Assembly (NCBI GenBank): GCA_017508465.1
Contig: JAFVYW010000110.1
Location: 1 to 45,404, forward strand
Direction of reading: 5' to 3'
DNA: 45,404 nt
Source of the DNA: Clostridia bacterium
GTDB taxonomy: Bacteria; Bacillota; Clostridia; Oscillospirales; CAG-272
Shown: one piece after another, positions 9,212 through 18,935 of the stretch
Numbering within the stretch: the first letter of the stretch is position 1
Layout of the letters: every line of letters starts with the position of its first letter
Translations under genes and position numbers: made by a program
Notes under the pieces: generated by a model
The model's input: the letters and a program-made list of their open reading frames with translations, nothing else
The model's database searches: none
Told to the model about the DNA's origin: nothing

Positions 9212-10833
9212 AATGTCTCTCCCTTCTCCCGAAGCAGTTCATCGAGGGCGAGACCGTATTTCTGTGCGATATCACGGGCGTAGGATTTGCCATCAGGCTT
9301 CGTACGCGTGATAAGGAAGGAGCGTCTACCCTCTTCAATGCCAGCCACCAGCGTATCCAACGCGACACCGCCATAACATGCGGAGCGACGGTTGAGTTCA
9401 TCGACGGTGGAGGCGAGGTCATGCAGATGCGTGGAGAAAATACCGCGCACGCGTCTGGCGCAGAGTGCAACCAGAATTTCCGAGGCGATATAGGTCGCCT
9501 CAAAGGCGCCCGTCGAAGAGAAGGACTCGTCAAGAAGCACCACACTATCTCCGCTCAAGGCGTCAAAAATCTCACGCAGACGAGCGCATTCCTCACCGAG
9601 ACGACCTTTGTCAATCGTATCGTCTGCGCCCTCCGGGAAATGCGTGAAGATACCGTCCGCAACGGACAGCTTCGCATAGTCACAGGGAACAGGCAGACCG
9701 AGTTGGAACATCGCCTGCACCGCACCCATGGCAACGGTGATAACCGATTTACCACCACGGTTGGGGCCTGTCAGTATGTAAATGCCCGCGCGCTCATCAA
9801 ATACGAGGTCATTCGTGACCACACTCTCGGTAATAGCGAGAGCAACGCGAGGGTTGTAAATACCCTTCGTAATAAAGGTTTTGTCCTCCCTCGGCGCGAT
9901 TTCAGGGAAGGTGACATTCGCTTTCTTTTTCTCCTTCAGGGAAAGAAGAAGCTCGGTCGCGCGCGAGAGGAATTCGATTTCAGGAATCAATTGCAGAAGG
10001 AAGTCAGCGTTATCGAGAACATATTCGTCCACAATTGCGTGCCATCCCTTGACGGACGAGCGATACACCTCTTCGATGGCATTGTTAAGTGCGCCGACCA
10101 GAGCCTCCTGGCGGTTATCGCTCTGCGTGCCCTTATTGACGGGTGTCAGGGGAGCAATCGTGGTGAATGCATCGTTGCGGAAGGAGAAGCGCAGAATCTT
10201 ATCGAGAAGCTTTCCACCCTTGAATTGTTCAGAGTTAATGGAGATAACGCCCGCATTGACAGGACGAAGCGTCGCATCCAGGTTAATTCCCACGGTGATA
10301 GAATGAATTTCATGAACACGGGAAGAGAGGGCGTTGAGCTTTTCGTTCAGCTCTTTATAGTACTCCGACTGCGTCAGCACCTCAAGCAGACGGGCAAGAG
10401 ATAAAAACGCATCGCTCTTCAACTGGCCACGAAGGGGAGCAAGCCCTTCCCAAAGCACTTCGATAGCACTGACATACAGTTCAATTTCCGTGATCGAATA
10501 CAGATAAGCGTCCGAACCGCTCTTCTCGTCCTCAAGGACACGCAACTGTCGGATATCATCAAGCACAGGGCGTACCTTCCCGAGCGCCGTGACGAGTTCA
10601 GGAATGGAAAGGCAATCCCCGAAGGTCGAAAGACGATAGCGGATTACCTCTTCGTCCATCGTAAAGAAGTCGCAAAGGGAGACGCCGCGCAGAGCAAAAA
10701 TTTCATCCAGACCAAGCTCCCGTGTGACATCGGGGCTGATGTTTGGTCTATGAGCGCTGTCCTGGTGAGAGAGCTTCGACTGTTCACTCGGGTAAAGCAA
10801 ACTGATAAACTGCTTTTCTACCGTTTCACTCAT
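9208..10833 (-). CDS. MutS-family ATPase (domain III/V core only); no mismatch-recognition N-domain and no Smr domain
   Basis: Walker A GPNRGGKSV, Walker B VVLLDESFSSTG and FSTHLHDL match MutS domain V. At 541 aa it is too short for MutS1 or MutS2. AAGGAG SD is present, and its stop overlaps the coaW start (ATGA). Confidence 0.75.
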   Translation of the reverse strand: MSETVEKQFISLLYPSEQSKLSHQDSAHRPNISPDVTRELGLDEIFALRGVSLCDFFTMDEEVIRYRLSTFGDCLSIPELVTALGKVRPVLDDIRQLRVLEDEKSGSDAYLYSITEIELYVSAIEVLWEGLAPLRGQLKSDAFLSLARLLEVLTQSEYYKELNEKLNALSSRVHEIHSITVGINLDATLRPVNAGVISINSEQFKGGKLLDKILRFSFRNDAFTTIAPLTPVNKGTQSDNRQEALVGALNNAIEEVYRSSVKGWHAIVDEYVLDNADFLLQLIPEIEFLSRATELLLSLKEKKKANVTFPEIAPREDKTFITKGIYNPRVALAITESVVTNDLVFDERAGIYILTGPNRGGKSVITVAMGAVQAMFQLGLPVPCDYAKLSVADGIFTHFPEGADDTIDKGRLGEECARLREIFDALSGDSVVLLDESFSSTGAFEATYIASEILVALCARRVRGIFSTHLHDLASTVDELNRRSACYGGVALDTLVAGIEEGRRSFLITRTKPDGKSYARDIAQKYGLALDELLREKGETL

Positions 10834-10881
10834 TGGCGCAATCTCCTTTCAAAGATATATAAATATAGTTTTATTACCCAT

Positions 10882-10910
10882 ATTATATCATATATTTTTT
10901 AGGATTGCAA
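10882..10910 (-). promoter_or_regulatory. SigA-type promoter for the mutS-like/coaW/giant-gene operon
   Basis: The minus strand reads TTGCAA (10910-10905), an exact 17-nt spacer, then TATAAT (10887-10882). This is ~50 nt upstream of the mutS-like start. Confidence 0.5.
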
Positions 10911-11622
10911 GGGTTTCGGAAAAATTCTTTAAAACTTGTGTTTTTCGGCAGATAAAATGTGGCAGAGCATGTTTTTGGCGTTTTTCAAGGAAAAAGAATT
11001 TCAAAAAAGAGAAAAGGAGGCGAACAATACAACCCTGTCCCACCTCCGGATTTCCCCTGCGTGTCATGTAAACTTTGATTTACATCAAAAAAGCAAGTCT
11101 GTTCCCTGGCGCATCGGGCAATGATACCCTCTTTCTGTCGCGCATTGGCTTGTGTGAGAGACATATATAATTTTATTGTAGAAAACAATCCGATTCATGA
11201 CTTGTGACACAATTTCACGAGTCTTCTTCTGCCTATGCATCAGAAAAACATGCAAAGGCTTCCCTTTTGCAAATTTTTACAAAAGAACACATCTTCTGTT
11301 TCCATAATTTACCCCCCTGATTCCAAAACAAAAGACTATTAATTGTAAAGTTTTATTATCATTTTGCGGTTATTCCGAGTTATTTTTATCCTTCTTAACG
11401 CCTGTTTCTTCTTCCGTTGTTCTTCGTGAGGCTATCATCTTTTTCCTTTTTCTTCTTTGTGGGCGTTGTGGAAAACGCACAATTTTTTTCCTGATGTCTT
11501 GTGAAAAAAAGAGAAAACTTTTTCTCGACATTTAGTGAATGTCATTTTTTTACGATTTGTGTTTAAAATATTATTATAATCTTTTATTTTCTCTTTAGTG
11601 ATTTACGAAAGGAAAACTACTT

Positions 11623-14600
11623 ATGAAACGAATTTGTCGATTTTCAGCCCTTTTTCTTCTGTTATCGATACTCTTCGTGTCGAGTGCGCTCGCCGTCAGT
11701 AGCACAAATGAGAGTTCGCTTTCCTCCGCGGTCTCTTCCATTCCTGGAGCAAGCCGTAATGCAGAGGATGTGGAAGGCGAAAGCTTCAGCCTGCAGAACC
11801 GTCTGACGCCCGCCATTACGGGAACAGCATTCTCCAAGGGCTCCGTTCCTTCCGCTCTCAATGCCTCCTCTCTGAAATTCGGACATCTGCGCAGCATGAA
11901 ATCTGCCGACGGCAAAAACACCTATGCTGAATGGCGCTTCCACCAGGCCGACGCTACCACCATCAACGGCCGGGAGGATGCTTATATCTCTCTTGGAAAA
12001 CGCTCGTATGATATCACTGAATTTTCTTATCAGGTGCTTGAATTTGACCTGACCACCATGACGACCTTCCCGTCGAACCTGTGGATTTTCTCCGAATGGC
12101 GCGGAAGTGACAGTAGTGGTAAGGAGCGCAAACAATTCGGTTCATACAACGATACGGATGGCCTATGGCACTTCGGTGATAAGACCTACGAAATCAAGCA
12201 GAACGAATGGGTACATATCACGCTGGTGTTCGCCATTCGCCGCAGCGGAACCGACGCCTACAACTTCTCTGAAACCGTAGCGAGAATTTTCATCAATGGT
12301 GAGCTTTACAACGAAATCATTCCATACCCTTCTGCAAATCTTGCGAGTGGTATCGGCATGCGTCAGCATTATATTGGTATCGGCTGGCCGTACGGCAAGG
12401 CGGGCATCCGTACAGGCATGGACGATGATTGCTCCGTCTGTATCGACAATGTTGCCCTGACCACATTCGATCGTTCCACTTACCTCGGAAATCTTGAAGC
12501 GGTCTTTGCCGATGATTTCACCAATCTCGGGGCATTCACAGGTGATGAAATTATTTACTCACCCGCCTACACCTTCCCCTCGGACGCGTTCGCCGTCGCA
12601 ACCGTCACAGATAAGAACGGGAACATAACGCCCTACGCTTCTCTTGAGGCCGCGGTCGCATATGTGGAAAACAATGCTCTCACGGACGCGAAAGTCACTC
12701 TGCTCGCCGACCAATACAATCCGATTGATATCCCTGTCGCGCTTACCCTCGATCTGAATGGTTATACATTGTATGGCGATGCGACAACCTCCGGAAATGC
12801 TATTCTCTCCTCGATTGACGGTAACATCTGGACCTTCTCTGCCGCTACCGTGACTTACACACATATTACAATCTATCAGGCGCCCTTCAGCAATCGCGAT
12901 ACCGCCGTTGGCGATTACCTTCTTGTCAGCGGCGACTCCGTCAGCCTTCCCACACCCGAGGTGTTCGTAAATGCCTCGACTGGCGAGCGTCAGGAACCGA
13001 CAGGCAATTGGCTCGCTTATGATACGCAAGGAAATCTTGTGAGTAATTTTCCAACCACAATTACCGCAAGTCAGCTTGGCAAGAGTTATATCCTTTGCCC
13101 CGAATACCTCTCCTCTTCGGTTGCCTTTACCCTGATAAAAGCAGACGGGACCGTAGAGCAACATGAAACCTTGGACGGACTCTACGCCATTCCGAACGGC
13201 GCTACCGTTATTTTGAGAAAAGACACCCCAGCGTCAAAGTCATTCTATGGTCAGAACTATTACCTCGATCTCAATGGTTATACAGTATACACCCTTGACG
13301 GCGCGAAGGAGGTAATTTTCCGTGGAAAAGGCACTATTTATGTGTATTCCTCGCGCAGCGGGGCGAGAGTGTTCACTGGCTCATATATGAAGAATGGTCA
13401 GACCGATGCTAACGGTAATCCCATTTACACGAACCAGGCTGCATTTATCGTCTCTGATGAAAAAGCTGCATCCGGCACCAGATTCATGCTCGGTTACAGG
13501 AACGCGGACAAAGCAACACCCTATCGCATTGATATGTTCTGTGGCTCATTTTCTCAGCTCGGCGCCATATCAAATGTTTCCGTATACCTGAACAATCTGA
13601 ATATCATTGCGGCCGCTGGTGATAATAAGGGCATTTTCACCACCCGTAACAGTGGCTATACCAATCGCTATTGGCAAATCGACAATTGTGATATACTCAT
13701 CACTAATAGCAAACCACTTACTTCCAATGTCGATGTCGGCAACAATACTGGCACATATGTGTTCAACAACACCAATATCCGAGGCAATGGTTCTCTCTTT
13801 GGTTCGGAAAAAGCCGTTACGGCAGACTGTTCCGTCACCTTCAACAATACCAATGTCTATGGCACACACAGCATCAATGCAGGTGCTGCCTCCTACACAG
13901 ATAGCGCAGGCGTGGTTTATCCCTACACGCGCAAGCTTACAATCACTGGAAAATGCTGCCTTCCTTCTTTCCCCTCCAGTGGTATCTCGCTTCCCGAGGA
14001 CCACATCTTTATTCCCAAGGTCTCCAGCTCCTCGAGTGGTTACTTCGCATATCCCGCTTATGCGCAATATGCAAAATTTGAGACAGGCGAATACTCGACC
14101 ATCGGAAGCTCCTACCAGACAAAAGGCTATGTCGGGCATTTGAATGAGTATAAGGACTCTCTGTTCCAGAGCGTTGCCATTGACACCTCTGTCAATGTCC
14201 TTCTTTACCTGCCGAAGTCCATATCCGTCGAAGGCGTGTATCTCGACGATGTCAATCTTCTGAACCCGACCGCAGCGAAGGTTATCAACGGAGATGATTA
14301 CTTTGTGGTCCGCGTCGCCATTCCTCCGAAAGAGGCTTATCAGGAGCATTCGGTCATCCTTCGATTCAAATCCAGCGATCTCACCATCACCCTGGACGCT
14401 TCCCTCCTGCACTATGCAACAAAGCTTTCCTCCGTGGAAGATACATCAAAAACAGGCACATATTACAAGGACTCCCAGGCATTGATGAAATATGTCCTCT
14501 ATTATATCCGCACCGCCGCTACCTCAATCGGAACGGCTTCCGCATCAGACCTTGCCTCGCTTGATGCCCTCCTTGGTGACTTCACCCTGAGTGCGAGCGA

Positions 14601-15015
14601 TAAAGTACTGACCGAAAGTGTTTATACAACAACATCCGTTACGGGCAAGCTCACCGCCGCAACGCTGAACCTCGACAGTAAGGTCGGCATGGTATTTCAG
14701 GTTGCCGAAGGCTTTATCGGCACAATTCGCGTAGATATGCCCAATGTGCCCTCTGTCGTCAGGACATACACGACAGAGGAGCCCGCAACGAGCACGAGCT
14801 TCATCGTTCTCGCAAATATCCCCGCCTACGCCCTGCGCGAAGATGTCACGGTAACGATTACCCCCTCATCAGGAAGCGCTTCCGTGTTCACCTACAACCT
14901 TGCAACCTATGTCAATGGAACCAAGACCGATATCTCCTATGCCGTTTATGCATATGCCAAGGCAGCGAGCAATTATCGCGACGCGTACCCGACCGCATCC
15001 GTTCTTGATGATTAA
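11623..15015 (+). CDS. Large secreted protein (1130 aa), Asn/Thr/Gly-rich and beta-helix-like; paralog of 32356..35937
   Basis: Signal peptide MKRICRFSALFLLLSILFVSSALA. N-rich repeats include NNLNIIAAAGDN, IDNCDILITNS, FNNTNIRGNG and FNNTNVYG. Blocks shared with the second protein are LDLNGYT, YSSRSGARVF and C-terminal FTYNLATYVNG...AVYAYAKAA. Confidence 0.8.
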   Translation: MKRICRFSALFLLLSILFVSSALAVSSTNESSLSSAVSSIPGASRNAEDVEGESFSLQNRLTPAITGTAFSKGSVPSALNASSLKFGHLRSMKSADGKNTYAEWRFHQADATTINGREDAYISLGKRSYDITEFSYQVLEFDLTTMTTFPSNLWIFSEWRGSDSSGKERKQFGSYNDTDGLWHFGDKTYEIKQNEWVHITLVFAIRRSGTDAYNFSETVARIFINGELYNEIIPYPSANLASGIGMRQHYIGIGWPYGKAGIRTGMDDDCSVCIDNVALTTFDRSTYLGNLEAVFADDFTNLGAFTGDEIIYSPAYTFPSDAFAVATVTDKNGNITPYASLEAAVAYVENNALTDAKVTLLADQYNPIDIPVALTLDLNGYTLYGDATTSGNAILSSIDGNIWTFSAATVTYTHITIYQAPFSNRDTAVGDYLLVSGDSVSLPTPEVFVNASTGERQEPTGNWLAYDTQGNLVSNFPTTITASQLGKSYILCPEYLSSSVAFTLIKADGTVEQHETLDGLYAIPNGATVILRKDTPASKSFYGQNYYLDLNGYTVYTLDGAKEVIFRGKGTIYVYSSRSGARVFTGSYMKNGQTDANGNPIYTNQAAFIVSDEKAASGTRFMLGYRNADKATPYRIDMFCGSFSQLGAISNVSVYLNNLNIIAAAGDNKGIFTTRNSGYTNRYWQIDNCDILITNSKPLTSNVDVGNNTGTYVFNNTNIRGNGSLFGSEKAVTADCSVTFNNTNVYGTHSINAGAASYTDSAGVVYPYTRKLTITGKCCLPSFPSSGISLPEDHIFIPKVSSSSSGYFAYPAYAQYAKFETGEYSTIGSSYQTKGYVGHLNEYKDSLFQSVAIDTSVNVLLYLPKSISVEGVYLDDVNLLNPTAAKVINGDDYFVVRVAIPPKEAYQEHSVILRFKSSDLTITLDASLLHYATKLSSVEDTSKTGTYYKDSQALMKYVLYYIRTAATSIGTASASDLASLDALLGDFTLSASDKVLTESVYTTTSVTGKLTAATLNLDSKVGMVFQVAEGFIGTIRVDMPNVPSVVRTYTTEEPATSTSFIVLANIPAYALREDVTVTITPSSGSASVFTYNLATYVNGTKTDISYAVYAYAKAASNYRDAYPTASVLDD

Positions 15016-15047
15016 TTGACAACTTTTGTTTACACTATTGTTTGCAA

Positions 15048-15085
15048 GAGGGTGCTGACCATTCAGCATCCTCTTCCCTCTTTTC
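15048..15085 (+). terminator. Probable intrinsic terminator after the secreted-protein gene
   Basis: Hairpin GAGGGTGCTGA-CCAT-TCAGCATCCTC (11 bp, one G-U pair) is followed by a pyrimidine/T-rich stretch with an imperfect U-tract. Confidence 0.4.
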
Positions 15086-15167
15086 CCGACGCAACCGCTC
15101 CGCCTTTCTTTTAGAGAGCGATGCGCCATATAATGCTTTTACCCAAAAAATACAGGAGGAATTCATT

Positions 15168-16952
15168 TTGGTATTCGGCAAACACATCAATCGTTACTAC
15201 ATAAAATACCTTGTCCCGCTCTTGCTCGGGCTTCTGTCGCTCTATGTCGTCGACTACCTGCAACTGATGATTCCGACATTCTACCGCACAATAATCAATG
15301 GCATCAATGATGGTGTTGTCCTTCACGATGGCGCCCTCGTTCCCTTTACCCTCGATTTTGTCGCCAGGGAAATCTGTCTGCCGATGGTATTTATCATCGT
15401 CGCACTTGTTATTGGCAGATTCCTGTGGCGTATCTGCCTCTTCGGCTCCGGTATCTGTGTCGAGCGTGACCTGCGTATCCGCATGTTTGACCACGCAAAA
15501 AATCTCTCTCACCAGTTCTATCAAAAAAATAAAGTCGGCGACCTGATGAGCCTTTACACAAACGATCTTGAAACCGTTCAGGACTGTTTCGGCAGTGGCT
15601 TTCTGATGCTCTTCGACGCAATTCTGCTCGGTTCCATGGCGCTGACAAAAATGTTCCGTATGAACCCGACATTGGCCCTTCTCTCCCTGATTCCCCTGCT
15701 TCTTTTGCTCGGGGCGAGCGCCATTGTCGGCAAGGAGCTGACCAAGCGCTGGGACATTCGTCAGGAAGCCTTCTCAAAGCTTTCTGACCGCTCACAGGAA
15801 AGCTTCTCCGGCATCGCCGTCATCAAGGCCTTTGTCAAGGAAGTCAAGGAAATCTGCTCCTTCAAAAAACTGAATAAGGAAAATGAAGAAGCGAATATCC
15901 GCTTTACGCGCACCTCTGTCCTGATGCACATTCTTGTCACCTTCTTTGTCGAGTCAATTATCTGCATCATTCTTGGTTATGGTGGCAACCTTGTCTATCA
16001 CGGCGTATTCAATGCTGGTCAGCTGATTGAATTTATCAGCTACTTCGTCGAGACCATCTGGCCGATTATGGCAGTCTCGGAGCTTATCGATATGACATCA
16101 CGCGGACGAGCCTCCCTGAAGCGTATTGGTACGCTTCTCGATGCTGAAATTGATGTCGCGGACAGAGAGGGTGTCAAGTCCTTGCCCGATGTCAAAGGCA
16201 AGATTGAGTTCTCTCACCTCACCTTCACCTATCCCGATGGTGAAATTCCCGCCCTCTCGGATGTTTCCTTCGTGATTGAGAGCGGCGAAAGTGTCGGCAT
16301 TGTCGGCAAGACAGGCTCGGGAAAAACCACCCTTGTCGACCTGATTCTACGCACCTTTAATGTCCCCGATGGCACCTTATTCATTGACGGCGAGGATGTC
16401 AATGGCGTGAGAATTGCTGATGTACGCGCGGCTTGCGCGTATGTCCCGCAGGACAACTTCCTCTTCTCCGATACCATCGAGCATAACATCGCCTTCGCCG
16501 ATGTCGAAACACCGCATGAGAGTGTGGCAGCGGTCGCAGAGCTTGCCGATATCGATGCGAATATCCGCGAATTTGCCGATGGTTACGAAACCATTCTCGG
16601 CGAGCGCGGTGTCACCGTATCGGGTGGACAGAAGCAACGCATTTCTATCGCCCGCGCCCTCTTGAAAAACAGTCCTATCCTGATTTTGGATGACTCGGTC
16701 AGCGCCGTGGATACCGCGACGGAAAAGACCATTCTTGAAAATCTGCGCAATACCAGAAAAGGAAAAACCACTCTGATGATTGCGCACCGCATCTCGACCA
16801 TCCAGACGCTGGATAAAATTATCTTCATTGAAGGTGGCGAGGTCATCGGTGTCGGTCATCACGATGTTCTTTACGAAACGCTCCCAGCCTATCGTAAAAT
16901 GGTCGACCTGCAAAAACTGGAAGACGAAAAAGAAGGGAGGGGCAACGCATGA
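15168..16952 (+). CDS. ABC exporter subunit (TMD-NBD half transporter) with a degenerate catalytic site
   Basis: TTG start with AGGAGG 8 nt upstream; the ORF-track ATG at 15042 has no SD. Walker A GKTGSGKTT, signature VSGGQKQR, Walker B ILILDDS (Asp replaces the catalytic Glu), H-loop IAHR. Confidence 0.85.
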   Translation: MVFGKHINRYYIKYLVPLLLGLLSLYVVDYLQLMIPTFYRTIINGINDGVVLHDGALVPFTLDFVAREICLPMVFIIVALVIGRFLWRICLFGSGICVERDLRIRMFDHAKNLSHQFYQKNKVGDLMSLYTNDLETVQDCFGSGFLMLFDAILLGSMALTKMFRMNPTLALLSLIPLLLLLGASAIVGKELTKRWDIRQEAFSKLSDRSQESFSGIAVIKAFVKEVKEICSFKKLNKENEEANIRFTRTSVLMHILVTFFVESIICIILGYGGNLVYHGVFNAGQLIEFISYFVETIWPIMAVSELIDMTSRGRASLKRIGTLLDAEIDVADREGVKSLPDVKGKIEFSHLTFTYPDGEIPALSDVSFVIESGESVGIVGKTGSGKTTLVDLILRTFNVPDGTLFIDGEDVNGVRIADVRAACAYVPQDNFLFSDTIEHNIAFADVETPHESVAAVAELADIDANIREFADGYETILGERGVTVSGGQKQRISIARALLKNSPILILDDSVSAVDTATEKTILENLRNTRKGKTTLMIAHRISTIQTLDKIIFIEGGEVIGVGHHDVLYETLPAYRKMVDLQKLEDEKEGRGNA

Positions 16953-18838
16953 ATGTATATCTCCCACTCCTGATTGTCGGCGCTCTGATCGGAACGCTTG
17001 CGACCATTTTCATCCTGGCATACGCCTTCATGAAAAACAAAAAAGAAGCCATAGGCTTTGACCGTAACATGAAGGACATGGATCTTATCCGTCGTCTCGC
17101 GCGTTACGCCTACCCTTATCGCTTCAAGCTTCTCGGTCTTCTCGTTTTCGTTGTCTTTTCCATTCTGACGAACCTGATCTCCCCTCTTCTGATGGGTAAA
17201 ATCGAAGAGCTGGTGAAGGATACCTTTGAGCTTCCCACCCTCTATCTCTATGTCGGTGGCTATGTCGCTCTCCTTATCTTCTCCCTGCTTTCGACCTATA
17301 TTCTCTCGGTCTCCCTGCAGAAAATCGGACAGAAAATCGTCAGCGCAATCCGCCTCGACACCTTCGTGCATATCGAATCCCTGTCTCATGAGCAGCTCAA
17401 TAACATCCCCGTCGGTAAGCTTGTTACCCGCGTAACCAACGACACGGGTGCTCTCTCGCACCTGTTCACCAATATGATAAGCAACCTCGTCAAGAATGTC
17501 TTTATCATCATCGGCACATTGATTTTAATGTTTACCGTCAACTATGCAATGACCTTGATGGTGCTTTGCTTTGTACCCTTCATCGTACTCTTCACCCTGA
17601 TTTTCCGTCAGTTCAGCCGTCGCGCACACCGTGAGGTCAAGGACGCGACCACCGAGCTGAATACTTACCTGTCAGAAAACCTTTCCGGTATTAAAATCAC
17701 CCAGATTTTCGGTAAAGAGGAAGAAAAAATGGACCAGTTTGAGGTGCGCGCGAAATCCCTCGCGAAAGCGCGTGTCAAGCAGATATTCGTCTTTGGTATC
17801 TTCCGTCCTGTTGTTTACATGCTCTATATCGCCTCGGTGATGTTCCTGTTCTTCTTCGGCGCGAAGGGATATATCGAGGACTTCACCTTCGCAGGACAGG
17901 TGGTAACCAGTGGTGTTATCGTCACCTTCTATATGTATATCGAAACGATATTCGGACCGATTCAGCAGCTCGCCGAGCAGTTCAACTTCCTCCAGGGCGC
18001 GCTCGCCTCGGCTGAAAAGATTTTCACCATTCAGGATATGGTACCCGAGGTGGTGGACGAAGAGGATGCCATCGAGCTCAGCGAAGTGCGCGGCGAAATT
18101 GAATTCCGCGATGTCTGGTTCGCCTACAAAGAGGATGAATGGGTGCTTCGTGGCGTTTCCTTCCACATTCTCCCGAAACAGACCGTCGCCTTTGTCGGCG
18201 CGACAGGTTCGGGCAAGACTACCATTCTTTCCCTGATTTGTCGTAATTATAACATCCAGAAGGGACAAATTCTGATCGACGGCATTGATATCCGTAAGAT
18301 TAAAATTTCTTCCCTGCGCCGTCTGCTCGGACAGATGCTTCAGGATGTATTCCTCTTCTCTGGCACCATCCGCTCCAATATCGTCCTCGACGAAGAATTT
18401 ACCGAGGAGGAAATCCGCGAGGCGTGCCACTATGTCAACGCCGATGCCTTTATCGACAAGCTTCCCGCAGGACTTGACGAGGTGGTACGCGAGCGTGGCA
18501 ACAACTTCTCACAAGGACAGCGACAGCTTCTTTCCTTTGCGCGTACCGTCATTCATCGTCCCTCCGTAATGATACTCGATGAAGCAACGGCAAATATCGA
18601 CACCGAAACCGAGCTTCTTATCCAGGACTCCCTTGAGAAGATGAAGAATATCGGCACCATGCTCGTTGTCGCGCATCGTCTCTCCACCATTCAGCACGCG
18701 GACAATATCATCCTTCTCTCGCACGGTGAAATCCTCGAGGAAGGCACACATGCCGAGCTTTTAGCCAAGCGCGGCAGATACCATGAGCTCTACATGCTTC
18801 AGTACGAAGCGGAGATGTCAAAAGAGGACGAACAATAA
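16949..18838 (+). CDS. ABC exporter subunit (TMD-NBD), partner of the preceding gene
   Basis: ATGA overlap with the upstream gene. Walker A GATGSGKTT, non-canonical signature FSQGQRQ, canonical Walker B VMILDEAT, H-loop VAHR. Confidence 0.85.
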   Translation: MNVYLPLLIVGALIGTLATIFILAYAFMKNKKEAIGFDRNMKDMDLIRRLARYAYPYRFKLLGLLVFVVFSILTNLISPLLMGKIEELVKDTFELPTLYLYVGGYVALLIFSLLSTYILSVSLQKIGQKIVSAIRLDTFVHIESLSHEQLNNIPVGKLVTRVTNDTGALSHLFTNMISNLVKNVFIIIGTLILMFTVNYAMTLMVLCFVPFIVLFTLIFRQFSRRAHREVKDATTELNTYLSENLSGIKITQIFGKEEEKMDQFEVRAKSLAKARVKQIFVFGIFRPVVYMLYIASVMFLFFFGAKGYIEDFTFAGQVVTSGVIVTFYMYIETIFGPIQQLAEQFNFLQGALASAEKIFTIQDMVPEVVDEEDAIELSEVRGEIEFRDVWFAYKEDEWVLRGVSFHILPKQTVAFVGATGSGKTTILSLICRNYNIQKGQILIDGIDIRKIKISSLRRLLGQMLQDVFLFSGTIRSNIVLDEEFTEEEIREACHYVNADAFIDKLPAGLDEVVRERGNNFSQGQRQLLSFARTVIHRPSVMILDEATANIDTETELLIQDSLEKMKNIGTMLVVAHRLSTIQHADNIILLSHGEILEEGTHAELLAKRGRYHELYMLQYEAEMSKEDEQ

Positions 18839-18935
18839 AAAGCAAGAGAAGCCTGATATTGCTTTTCTCTCCCTTCCCGTAAATCCTGTTCGATAAGTCT
18901 GCTATTCTCTTCTTATGAGCCTTGGAGACTAAAAC

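Noticed and set aside
15042-15167. Upstream ATG extension of the first ABC transporter ORF
   Set aside because: The extension overlaps the terminator hairpin, has no SD and adds a non-hydrophobic, unconserved-looking 42 aa. The TTG at 15168 has a perfect AGGAGG 8 nt upstream.
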